Shown here in pieces: positions 11,449 to 23,659 of a stretch of 64,000 nt of DNA. The stretch comes from Podarcis melisellensis. Lineage: Eukaryota. How positions within the stretch are numbered: position 1 is the stretch's first letter; every line of letters begins with the position of its first letter. The notes under the pieces were generated by a model. That model saw nothing but the letters and a program-made list of their open reading frames with translations. It did no database searches and was not told the DNA's origin. Both the position numbers and the translations under genes were made by a program. The DNA lies in NCBI GenBank assembly GCA_964234715.1, contig OZ174276.1; one strand, 5' to 3'.

Positions 11449-12899
11449 CTTTTCTGGAGATAGGCTGTTCTCTTCTCCTGGGATTTCTGTTTGCTTTCTG
11501 ATATCTCCAGCCCTACAATGATGCCCTAAGCTAGATTTATTAAAGCAAAGGAGATTACACTAAGATGCACTTGGCTACAGCAGGAAAGGCACGTGTTGCC
11601 CTTGCACCTGCAGCTCAGACAATCCTGCTGCAAGATTCAACACAATGTTTTCACTGAGATATTTTGTACAGACCTCTGAGCTGCGTGTCTGCTTCATACA
11701 CCTGATCTATTCTACAAAGTAGGCTGATCAAATACTCATCATGCTGCAATAAGATGATTGCCTTTTAAGGGACCACAGAATCCTGTTGTTTTTATTCAGA
11801 AACATGTTGCCTTTGGGATCTTGTTTCTGTTTGATTTTTTGTTAGATTTTATTTATACGCAAATGCAATACAGTAATACATAACTTTAACAGCATTACTA
11901 TACAAGATCACTTTTGTCTAGGAGTTTGTTTTGTGGGCTATTAAGATCATTGCCAGCTATTGGTAATAGGCTGGCTGCAATGCTCCTGAATCAGGAATGT
12001 GTTCTAAATCAACAGTGCTGAGACTTGCGACCATCACTCACTGTATAAGAGGTTAAGAAATGGAACTACTGAAACTAAAAAGTACAACTTCATTTTATTG
12101 TGAAGGATCACATTAATGCATGCTTGTCTAAAGAAAAAGGTTTTAGCAGGCATTGAAAAACAATACAAAAAGGCACCTTGTTGATAATACTGATAAAGCC
12201 TTCAGGGGGCAGGATGAGCTCAGCTGTGGGGCTTCTGGTGTGCAGCATTATTTGGGAGCTTTTCCCATGGAGTTCTTCATTTGTGGTGTCTGGTGGGCAA
12301 GTCTGTTTCTAAAAACTTTCAGTTCTTATCAGCATTGGCTAAAATCAAACTAATGCAAATCCTTGTCTCTGCATCTCTCCCACACAAAAAGCCCTTTGTT
12401 TCAAGAAGGCAGACTGGGTGAAACACAAAGCTAATTCTGGATCCAAGCCAAGTTAGACTGCACATATTTGTGTTCTGTACATATCCAGCACGCTGGTATA
12501 TATCAAATTACCAAAAAAAAATAGTCAGGACTAATTCTGTACATCACCAAAATCCATTTGGAGATTATTGTTTACTCAGTAGTAGGTCCCACTGAATCCA
12601 ATAGGGCTTGCTCCCAAGTGTTTCAAGGCTGCAGCCTTAGCTTAATTATCAGCTTTGTAAACAACCCGTGATTTGCTAGGCCGAATTTTAATTGTCAGCG
12701 GCCCCAGCGCCGTGCTGTTAGTATGTGCACTTAGTAATATAAAATTATGCCTTCCCAGCTTTTGAATCCCACCGGTCTCCTTGCTAAACGAATCAAACAA
12801 CCACCTCTGAAGAGCTCAGTGGCACGTTCCGGGAACACCATTTTACACCCATTTTACAGTTTACACCGCCTCCATTCCACGGGCTCCAAACGCTCCTTC

Positions 12900-13620
12900 C
12901 TCTTCCCGCGCAAAGAAAACACCCTCCCAAATCCCGCGCGACTTCCGCCGTTGCTAACAAACGCGTCTGCAGCCACCGCCGAGCGCAGCAACGCCTACCA
13001 TAGAGTCTTCCTCCCTAGCGCGGCATTATGTAAAGGTGGGAAGCGGCCCTAACGTCACCTCCGTCAACCACGGAGATGCACGGCGGGCCGCCTAGAGCGC
13101 CGTCGATCGAACTCGGCCGCGATAGGTGCACCCCGCTGGATCAGAGAGAAAGAGCGGGCAGAGCGTTCCCTCGGCGTCCTCTGCCGCTCGCACGCCGGAG
13201 ACAGAGGAGAGCGCCGGTGTGTCTCCGTCCTGCCCGCCTCCTGGAGCTGCCGCCATGGCCATGTTGCCCGCGGGCCGGCTCGGGACCGCTATCCGCCTGC
13301 TGCTGCGGTATGCAAGAGGCGGGAGGTGGGCTGGGCGGTTCCTCGGGGCGCCGAGGGGCCCGAAAGAGGTCGAGGTTAGGCGAGTTCACGTGCCAAACTC
13401 CCAGCGGAATCCCGCCTCTCCCGCGTGAGGGATGAGGCGCCCACGCGCGCTTACTCCGCCGTGAAATGTTCAAAGCTGCTTCGGGTGCTTCCCGTTTGGT
13501 GGTGCCCGCAGCAGCTCTGAAAGGCGGGCCGCCCTCGCTAACCCCAAATCACCATCGAGGGCGCGAAGCTGGTGGTGGCAAGTTTGCCGAAGGCCGACCT
13601 GCTGGTTTTTATGGCTGAGG
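12900..13620. promoter_or_regulatory. CpG island / probable bidirectional promoter (MRPL12 on +, METTL26-like gene on -)
   Basis: CpG-dense, GC-rich tract containing the MRPL12 start. It has an ETS/GABP-type site (acttccg, 12941), an E2F-like tcccgcgc and a CRE half-site acgtca (about 13052). The METTL26-like ATG is about 1.5 kb away in divergent orientation. Confidence 0.8.
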
Positions 13621-16600
13621 CGAGACTTAAAACCAGAAACGTCCTGCTTCCTGGCTCCTGCTTTTAGTCAGAAGGCTAGGAGTGGGTAGGAGCTTAAAAC
13701 TGAACGAAGGATGGGGTTCCCAAGGGTCATCTAGTCCAACCCCCTGCAACACCACTGGCCAGTTTCTGCTGGACAACCTAGTGCTATCTCTGCAGGTGTC
13801 GTCCCCCCCCCTTGTTCTCAATATCCACTTTCCAGTCACAAACAGCAAGTTTGAGAAATAGTCCGGGTAGAATCGGAAGATAGAAGCTGTGAACTGTCTG
13901 GACCGTTTTTGACAAAAAACTGTAGATTAGCTGGCTCTTGATCTGTTCCAAGGTAATTTTTATGTTTATAAATAAGAAGGCACATTTGAGATTACTTAAG
14001 CCTTATTAAGATATGAATATACATTCTTGCTTTGTGGAGCAGAGGACTTCCTTTTTGAAAATTAGAGTAGACCATACAAGATTGAAGTCAGTCCACCCTG
14101 CACTTCACCTGCTCTGTTGACAACTATCTGCTCTTGAGTTATCCCACTGTGGAGCTCACAGTGCGAAAACAAATTTCTTTATACCTCATGTTGGAAAACA
14201 CTTCAAGCTTTTAAAAATGCCTTTTAGTAATATGGACATTCTGAAGGAAATCAGCCCTGAGTGCTCACTGAAAGGACAGATCCTGAAGCTGAGGCTCCAA
14301 TACTTTGGCCACCTCATGAGAAGAGAAGACTCCCTTGAAAAGACCCTGATGTTGGGAAAGATGGAGGGCACAAGGAGAAGGGGACGACAGAGGACGAGAT
14401 GGTTGGACAGTGTTCCAGAAGCTACCAACATGATTCTGACCAAACTGCGGGAGGCAGTGGAAGACAGGAGTGCCTGGCGTGCTCTGGTCCATGGGGTCAC
14501 GAAGAGTCGGACACGACTAAACAACAACAATAATATGGACATCTCCTTACATTTGTTTTTAAAATTACACTACAGTTTTGTCGCTGCCAAGAGGTGTTGC
14601 TTCTTCCCCTTTTCCACAGCACCTACACCAAACCATGTTTATATCACCCTTTCTTCTCACTTGGTTGGCCTTGCTGTTTCTCCTGAAGCACATCTGTTCT
14701 CATTTTTTCGTTCATTTGCTGCTTGCACAGGTCTTTATGTTGTGAACCATAAAGTGCTGACAAACTCTATGTTGATTTTTCTACAGGCAGCATCAGCCAC
14801 GAGCATGTGCTGTTAGGATGCTGAAGACTACCAGCTCACAGCGAAGTGAAGCCTTGGCAACTCCGCCTCTTGATAATGTTCCCAAGGAGTACTCGCCCAA
14901 GATTCAGCAGCTAGTTCAAGACATTGCCAGCCTCACCCTACTGGAGATTTCTGACCTCAATGAACTGCTGAAGGTGCCAATGTTTGCATGGGAAGCAGAG
15001 TGATTGCTGTACTAGGGAAAGATGGGGCAGCAGACAGCTCATTGTTGGTCATGTCTTTCTCTTTTTCTGTAACAGTGGGATGGGGTGCTTTGGAATTCCT
15101 TCCCCAACTTCTGTGATGCATACGATATATAAGAAGGCTTAATATTTCTCTAACACTCTTTTTCTTCAGAAAACCCTCAAGATCCAAGATATGGGACTCA
15201 TGCCAATGGCTGGGATGATGCCACCAGCACAAGCAGCAACTCCAGTAAGGGATCATCCTTTTTACTTGCTGTTTATTTGGGCTGAGTAGCAGCTGTAGCT
15301 GGGCAAATGTCTGAATGGAAAACTTCAGCAGCCCTACAAATGAGCATTCTGTTGAGAGAGTTGTGTGTGAAGGCACCAAAGTATTATATAACAGGCATGT
15401 TGATTGCTTGAGGCTGTTGGACTAAGCATGCAGCCAGCCTGTTAGTTCTGCTGCAGTGTCATGAAAAAGGTTGTTTCAGTGTTGCTAACTCATCAGATGA
15501 CATTTTCCTGGATGTTACTGGTGTATAACAAACTCAGCAACTGGAGATGGGAATGCAGGGGTGAGAAAAGTTCTCTGCTAATAGGGGTTGTGGTTGTGCT
15601 TGGTATCGCAATCATCTTGCCACATTTATTTATTTACATACCCTGTCTTATGAACTCTTAAGAAATAAGATGATCTAAAGAGTAAATAGCACTAATATCA
15701 GTGCAGTGGGCCTGCCACTTATGTGAGGTTCAGTTCCAGGGGTCCATGTGTAAAGGCAAAATCATGAGTAGTCTGTCCCTGAAAAAGAGGGTGCCATTGC
15801 ATCACATATTTTCAGGCCACTGCAACAATTTAAATCTAACACATGATGTGTTGGGCCTGCAATAACCAAGGATAACCCTGTCATTATTGTGGACATCACA
15901 AAGACCTGAGCTGCAGGTGATAGGGAAGCCTGGACATGGATGTTAAAACCCTTTACCTAAGATTGGGCAGATAGTTGTAATAACTCTTACTGCAGTTGAC
16001 ATCTCAGGGCTGATACTACATCCAGAATCAAGTTGGGAGCTGTTGGATCAAAACAGGTCTGCTTGAATTATGCACTGAGTTCTTAGTTCTATATTCCTGG
16101 TCAGTAGCGTTCACTAGAATTAAATACTCAGTGGTAGATGTTTTGTTGACAGTTGATTTGGCATTAATACGTTGCCCCTTGGCGCCTCACACACGCACAA
16201 ACAAATCCCACTGCAGCCAACCAAAGTCAGTCAACCACATCCTAGGCCATCCCAGCCTCTCACACCACCAAGGAAACATAACAAGCGAATAGAAAGAGAA
16301 CCTGTCCAAGTGACGCTGAAACAACCCCCCTCCCCCGCACACATGCTATGTCAAAGAACATGCACTTTACCATCCCACACCCCCTCTCCCATCCCCTCCC
16401 TCTTTTCTTCCCACTATAAGTTGCCCCTTGGGGCCACACCTTTCTGTGACCCATCCCCCTTATTAAGATTTTCTAAGTACCATGTCAAGACAGTCTTTAT
16501 AGTTGCTCTGTTTTGAGATCAACTTCCCATCACAAAAAAATGCAGGGATTTGCGTAAACTGCATGCAAACACTTCCAAAGCTGCCGGCAAGTGCTCCTTA

Positions 16601-18649
16601 AATGTGAAGATTTCCCCATCCAAGTCTCCTTTCTCAAAGGAGGTTACTTATACAACATTATGATACTTCTCCCTAGTAGCCTTAGATCAGCGTTTGCCAA
16701 CCTGGTGCCCTCCAGATGTCTTCGACTACAACTGCCATCTGGAGCTGTAGTCCAAAACATCTGGACAGCAGGAGGTTAGTGAAAGTTGCCTTACTGTATT
16801 ACATTGGTTAAGATCTTGAGCACCAGCTTTTTATTATTGGAAGTGGCCCACCACCTGTTTCCCATTGTGGACAATCAGAAGTTTCTGGTCCATATGCTGG
16901 GCCTTTCAAGTCAATAACAATTTGCCTGATATTACTTCCAGTAACTGATTAGATATGCTCATTGGGCCACTTCCAATAATAAAAAGCTGGTGTTCAATTA
17001 AGGCAAGGCTTTTGGGCTGACCTACTGTCTCTATTCCTTCATCATTAAAGGAGAACTAGCATAGATGGTGAGATGTTTTAATCTTCTTTCTAGCTTACTG
17101 TTGATTTTGATCAACTCTTAAATGTTTTAACTACTTGCTTCTAACTTTTCATTGATGGTTTTCATTTCTTGTAAACCGCATAACAGTTTTGTTGCAGTCA
17201 AGTGCTATATACATTATGGTTAAATAAAAATAAAGATTCAGCAATGGTCTTGCAGCCCAACACAAGAATTTAGGGGAAATAATGAAGGAGTAGCTGGTGC
17301 AAGTTTTGTTAGATCTTCCCTCTGTATTTGGTACTTTGGTACTACCATTGGCTAATGAAACTTCAGGGGTGTGAGGGTCAGGCTCCTGTTGCCAATTGTG
17401 AGTGGGCTTTTATCTTTTTTGCTAGGAAGCTGAAGAGGATTTTGTCCCCAAGAAGCCGGAGAAGATAAATTTTACAGTCAAGTTGACTGAATTGAATGCT
17501 GCAGATAAGGTGAAACTTATCAAGGAGGTGAAGAATTGTATGCAAGGCTTAAACCTTGTCCAGGTAAGCAGATGGTGCTCAAGGCTGACTTAACAGGTGA
17601 ATGTGCTAAAGGCTTGAGGGAGGCAAGTTTCCTTTTACTTGTGCCATACAGAACTTAATTATCAAGTAGCCCCATCTACTTGGGCTACTTTTGTGCATTT
17701 AATGGTGGTGCAAGTACCTCCTTGCTCTCTGCCTCTTGTCTGATATATCCACAAGAGGTCTGCAGTCAGTACTTAGGGCAAATGCACATTTTGCTTGACC
17801 TGTACTTTGATTGTATTGTGTACCAATTTATTCCCCTGGGTCTGGGAGCTTTTCTTTTTCTGTGGCTGTGCCTTCTGAAAATCTGCTCCTACCTGCTGAA
17901 TTAAAGCTCTGTTAAGCAAAATTTCTCTTTGGATTTTCTGCGCATCAAAAAAGATCTGAGTCAGGGGGAAAGATCGAATTTTCACAAGGCACAGTCACAG
18001 AACAATGAGAAAAGCCCATGGACCTTTAAGCAGTACATGGTAATCAGGGGAAATTAATCAGTACACAATACAGGTCAGGTGAAGAGTGGATGAGCCCTTG
18101 GTCATACCACTTGGGGGCAGCAAATTACAAAGAGATGAGCTGCCAAAGTAATGTTCACATGAGGAAAGTGAGGAGCTAATGCAGAGTTAGTGGAAGCGAA
18201 TTTGCATCCTTTGAGATAGTACCAGCTAGTGTGGCAAGTCCCTTGCGAATCATGATGCTCCAAAGAGGATTCTTCTAAGCATTTGGACTCTGGTCAGAAA
18301 TGGCTTACTGTTTCTTGCCAGGAACTTGGCCAGCTGAAAATTAATACTGCCGCTTCAGCCTAGGAAACGCTTCTGCTTGGCTCATCTTCTAGGCTGCGTG
18401 ATCTGCCAAGTGGGGAGATAGGGGCGAAGTCACAGAGGGTCCCATACTAGTGGGAGCAGGCAGCAGCAGCTTCTTGGGTTCAGCGTTATCCCTTTCCGTG
18501 GCTAACTGGAGTGGCTCTCTTATCTCTTGCAGGCGAAAAAGTTGGTAGAGTCTCTTCCTCAAGAGATCAAGGCACACGTCTCTAAAGAGGAAGCAGAGAA
18601 AATCAAAGCTGCTCTGGAGGCAGCAGGAGGGACTGTCGTTCTGGAGTAA
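13255..18649 (+). CDS. MRPL12: Mitochondrial ribosomal protein L12 (bL12m); 5 exons, 189 aa
   Basis: Join 13255-13307, 14787-14973, 15170-15244, 17426-17563, 18533-18649 (570 nt, in frame). It has an Arg/Leu-rich presequence ([30 protein letters not shown]), then [92 protein letters not shown]. Strong Kozak gccgccATGg; a second in-frame ATG lies at 13261. Confidence 0.97.
14240..14530 (+). mobile_element. BovB (RTE) LINE 3' fragment in MRPL12 intron 1
   Basis: Encodes the BovB RT C-terminus ([53 protein letters not shown]), ends in a (CAA)n tail, and has a 12-bp TSD taatatggacat at 14228-14239 and 14531-14542. Confidence 0.93.
16688..16789. mobile_element. Short palindromic non-autonomous DNA element (gactacaact..tgtagtcc family)
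   Basis: Internal inverted core tccagatg..gactacaact / agctgtagtcc..catctgga, shared with the copies at 41750 and 53124. Confidence 0.6.
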
Positions 18650-19109
18650 CGGTTGGCATCGGCAGCCAAAGGACTAAAGCAGAGCAGGGGAAAGTCCTGC
18701 GCTCTGTCACCCACCTGAAGCTTTTATTTGCCTGCTGACTGGTGGTGGTGGGGTGCTGTGCAGTTCCATGAAGCTGTGCCCCGCCTTGTTTTCTCTGCAA
18801 TGTGGTTGTCCACTGAGATGGCCCAGTGTGGGATGAATGTCTTCGGCACAATGGGGGTCTGTTGTTTGTACCAACACTGCAAGGAACTGAATCTATAAAG
18901 AATATACACGGGGGCAAATGCCTTTAGAACAAGTGTTGTGTGAGCAGACTTTCTTGCATACCAGTGTCCCTCCTCACCTGGAAGGGCTCCCTGGTTTGTG
19001 CGTTTTTGCACCAGATCCTGCTAGCTGCTCATCTTAGGGTCTCTTGGTGGTATTCAGGGCCACTCTCAGCTGCAGTTTCTGACATGACCCACAATGACAG
19101 CCTTCCCAG

Positions 19110-19270
19110 TTGACTGGGAGGCTGTGGACTCTCCTTCCTTGGAGGTTTTTAAGCAGAGGTTGGATGGCCATCTGTCACGGATGCTTTAGTTGAGATTCCT
19201 GCATTGCAGGGGGTTAGGCTAGATGTCCCTCTGAGTCCCTTCAGACTCTTCAGTTCTTTGATACTGTGAT
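19110..19270 (+). mobile_element. CR1 LINE 3'-end fragment
   Basis: Typical squamate CR1 terminus ggactctccttccttggaggtttttaagcagaggttggatggccatctgtc..ttcctgcattgcagggggtt with a degenerate tail. Confidence 0.8.
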
Positions 19271-22200
19271 GGGAATTGTAGCCCAGGTTGGGGAGAAGCA
19301 TGGTGATGACTAGCCACTCAACATAGAAGTGGTGTGGTCCAGGGACCTGCCTTGCATTGCAGGCAGCTTTCCCCATCATGAGCTGTTCCTCCCCATGAAA
19401 GATATTGAATGTGAAAAAGCCTGATCTCTTTTCTCCTCAGGATATTAACTTAAATTACAGGTTTTTCCGCACCAGGTAATCCTGGGCAGGGACGATGCAT
19501 TGTGCAGGTCCGCACCATGCACAGATACCCTGAGTAATACTAGTTGCCCTGTTTCTTTCCACCTGCTTTCTGCACCAAGAACCTGAGCTCGTGGGAAAAT
19601 CTCTCTGGCCATCTTCCAGAACTCCTGGCTGTTCTGTTACAAGTGGATCAGTTTTACACTCCTTCCCTCAACCCCCTCGGATGTGATTTATAGGCAACTC
19701 GGCTTTTCTTACTGCTGGGCCCTTGCTGGCTTGTAGCTTCACCAAATGAAAATTGGGCAGCTAAATCTATCCAAACAGGAGCTCCTGTTTCAAGGGATGA
19801 GGGGAGTCAGTGCTTGGAAGAGACCGTTCTTGGAAGGAGTGGAGCACAAAGGGAAGGGCCTCTGGGACACAGTGAACCTCTTTCAGCCTGTTCCATGTTC
19901 TCTTCATAAATGACAGTGTGTTCCTTTTCGCTACACCGTTTTGAAGTGGCCAGAATTGATCTTCTCAGTTGGTTTTAGATAAGGCACCCAGTGAAACAAG
20001 CTGGGTTATTAGTCCAAAGGCCATATTGTCACACCTTTCACCTTGACTTGTTCCTGAGTTATATTTGGTATGGAAAGTAATGCCGTATTTGACCACTTTT
20101 GCTTTCTTGCCTTCCTCAGCCTCATAAAAGCTAGTTAGTTCCAAGCAGTCTATCCTGGAAGTGGCCAATTGCATAGGCATTTTGCTAAGAAGCATGGAGT
20201 TTGGTTTCTCTTTCTTTCTTGAATGTCTCTTATTAGGCATTTCCCATTAAATCAGTTCACTACAAAGTGCCAAATATTCCCAGTGAAGAACTAGTTTAGG
20301 ATATTTTTGTCCGATGCATCTCAGCGGTTGTGCACAGAACCTGTGCTATGATGTAGTCCTCTGTGGATACAGCTATGCCCTCTTGCAAGAAATTCCACAT
20401 ACTAGGAAGCCCTGATTACTTTCTGCGGTCACATACATCACTTATAGGAGGCCATGAGAGTGGAGGGAGGCAGCTGCATCCTTCAAAGTTGGCAGATGTA
20501 TTAATAGTGGGGAGAAAATATTAAAATGGCTAAAGCACTCCAAATTCCTCCCTCGTAACCATACTGTGTGTCTAAATGCCATTTTGTTTTAAACATAAAT
20601 GGTTTCCTGCTTCCTGTGTCCAGTGCAGTAAAGAACTCTATTGCATCGCCCTTGTTAGTACATCCATCAAGGTGTGTGCTCTTAAAGCAGTTTGCGGGGA
20701 GTGGAGTGGGAAGGGATGCTTTTGAAGAGAAGGTTGAACAATAAACAGTGTCCCTGGCCAGCTCGGAGAAGAGCATGATGCTAACATTCGACTTTCAATC
20801 AGCTTTGATTTCTGGGTTTTTTGTTTTTTAAATGCAACAAATAATACAAAATGAAGGAAATGTTTAGAAACATTTATTTGACCCTGCCCATGTATTTCCA
20901 TGCTTTTGCACACTGGGGGCTAGAAACACACAAAATTAAATTTCCACAGTTTTCTACATTGCCTTCAGCTTCAGACATCTCTGAGATGCTGCATAGTGCA
21001 ATTGTAGTCAGGCACATATTTAGGTGCTCCTTTCTACTAAAGGTGCTGTAGTACCACTGTGGCAGTGGCTGCTATGGCAAGACTACTGTTTACAATCCTA
21101 AATACAAGAAGAGTTACAGAAACAAGATCCAGTAGCCTGTGGGTGTTTCACTTGCATCTCTGCCAACTGACACTAGCCGTGCATGGTGGGCACGTCAACC
21201 TGCAGCAATGGTACAAATGTCACAGAACACCCCACTCCTGCCCCTCCCACATACAGGTCCTAGCTTCAATCTCTGGGATATCAGAAATACTGGAGAGCCA
21301 CGGCCAGTCCAAACTAGACCGTACTGAACTGGATGGACTAATGTTCTGACTTCATGTAAGGTGGTTTCATATGTTCTCTCTACATGCAACAGACAAAACT
21401 ATGAGGTAGCCAGCACTTCCACTGGAAGAAGTCAAGGCCCATCAACAACAAGTACTCCAACGTACAAGCGCTCCCAAGGTTTTTCCTGCAAAGGAACTCA
21501 AATCCCCTGCCAGCCCAAACAGCCAGTATTAACAGCATGAAGGAACATCAGCAGCATTCAGGCTACCATTTAGACAAGGAAAGTGGGAGTGCCATTCTGG
21601 TTGCCAGAGCCATCTGGATCCATGGCCCAATACATAGCAGAAGGTCCATATATGGAATGTTAGGCCACAGGCTCCCCAAGAGAAGAGGTTGGCTAGGGTA
21701 GAGCAGCTGATAACATTCAGATCACAATACAGAATATGTTTGTGTTGGTTTCAAGGTGCAGTGGGAGAAGAGAAGTTTATTGCGAGAGGTGAGGGTAAGT
21801 GGATGGGGACAGAGAGTGTGGGCAAATAAACACTGCCAGGAAGCTTTCAAGAGGCAGGTCAACAAACTATAGTAGCTCAGGGAAAGTGTAAAGCAATGAG
21901 AAAAATGTTGACCCTCATCTCAGGCAAAGCCAGTAAATTTGATCCTCATCTCAGGCAAAGCCAGTGACCACAGGACTGGAAGAAAAGTGGCAGGATCTGA
22001 TCCAAAGAGCTCTATAACTGGACCTGTGACTCCTTGTCTCCCAGAGGCCTGGCCCACTGCATGCCTTTTTCCTACTCAACATGAACCCAGAAATCTAGGT
22101 CAGGGGTACCCAAAGTTGGACTACAACAACCATCATCCTTGGCCATGAGAGCACTACATTAGCCACTCCTGTTCTAGGTAAAGCCATTGCTCACTGCACC

Positions 22201-23659
22201 AGCATAGGATTAGCACATGAACCGGCCTGGATCCCAGCTATCACACTCCTAGCTGAGAAGATGAGAAACCAGCAGACTCTTAGGACAATGCAGTGTGGTG
22301 CTCTGTCAGATCACATACATAATTCAAGGGCTAATGGTCTCACTCTGACAACTGTGGGCCCCCACAAAGCCTACAAGTCTGCTTGATTTTGCTAGACTGT
22401 TGTATCTTCAGTCTCTGTCGGTGCAAGGGAAATTAGGAACTATATTATTGCTGGCCAGAAAGCACGTAGCTCAGGGATAGGAGGATCATACTGTTTGCGC
22501 TTTGATGTGTTAAGAAAGTGAACACTGATAGAGAGCAGATTTCGAGCTAGAGCTGGCGCTGGTACAACAGTGCTTTGATAATTCAGGTGTTGGCTCAAGG
22601 TAAATAATATTTTGTCAGAGAACACTTTGGTGCTAGTTAAGAATTATATGTTATAAAAATTATTAATCAATTCCCACCCTTCACCCTGAGGTCCAAATTA
22701 TAAGGTCCACCATTTCCTGTTTTGGACAAGTGTGACTCACCAAGAATGGCAGTTCAGCCTAACAGTGGAGTTTGATCTCTTTGCTATCCTGGAGTTAGAG
22801 ACAAGATGCCTATAATAAACACATGCCTGCTTGGGAATGTGGTGGATTGTTTTTTTCCCCTGAAGGGAGCAAATCTCTAGGATCCTATTGATTTTTGAGG
22901 ACCAGTTTATGCGCACGTGCAAGCCACTTGATAGCTTGCAGCCAAGAGTGGAAACAGATTATGCTTGTGGGCTGAATGATGCTGGCCTGTGCCTTCAACA
23001 GTTCTTATCTAGTGCCATCATATTAGTGAATATTTCTGCTCCATATGATGAGGATACCCAGTGTGATGGTTGCCCTTCACTGTGTATAGAATTTGCCAAG
23101 GGGATGCCATCTTCTGTGGCATTCAGCTCCCTGCAATCCTAAATGTCAATAAACACAGTAGGATTGCATCTGAGTAAATATCCATAGACCTGGCCTATGA
23201 ATACAAGGACTGTTGCCAATGAAAGATAGTGTGATTGAGGCGATATGACACGGCTTTGAGATGCGGGGTTAATACTGTAAACAGGTTTTTCAGATATTGC
23301 AAACAGTCACTGCCAACAGTTTTTTCTTCACAAACATTCCCTGGAAAGGGTAAGTTCTTAAATGAGGGGGCAGGAGACATAAGGGCATAAGGGTATTTTG
23401 ATGCCAGTCATGTCTGTTACAAGGCTGCAGAAATATCCACCTGCACAAGGAACACACACTTTCACAATAAACATTTCTCTCAGCACTCCGAAAGTCATAT
23501 GTAGAACAAGAAACTACAATGGCGTTATGTACAATAAGTGTTTGGCTGATGTAACGCAAGAACAAATCCAGGTTTGCTGCCAAATATACACTTGACAGGG
23601 AGTCGTTGTTGCCAGCTAGTGCACTCTTCTCCTTTTGCAATTGTGTTTGACCTATCTAT

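Noticed and set aside
13308-13428. Longer MRPL12 exon 1 using the donor-like GAG|GTTAGG near 13374
   Set aside because: That donor is phase 0, whereas exon 2 requires phase 2; the donor at 13307 fits.
14186-14816. 199-aa and 118-aa ORFs in MRPL12 intron 1 as host genes
   Set aside because: They are sense and antisense frames of the BovB fragment plus flanking intron.
16191-16419. Nuclear mitochondrial insertion suggested by the C/A skew
   Set aside because: I recognised no mitochondrial gene, tRNA or control-region motif; it is kept only as an unexplained insert.
16851-16962. Intronic box C/D snoRNA between the inverted arms
   Set aside because: CTGA motifs occur, but there is no properly placed RTGATGA box C next to the stem.
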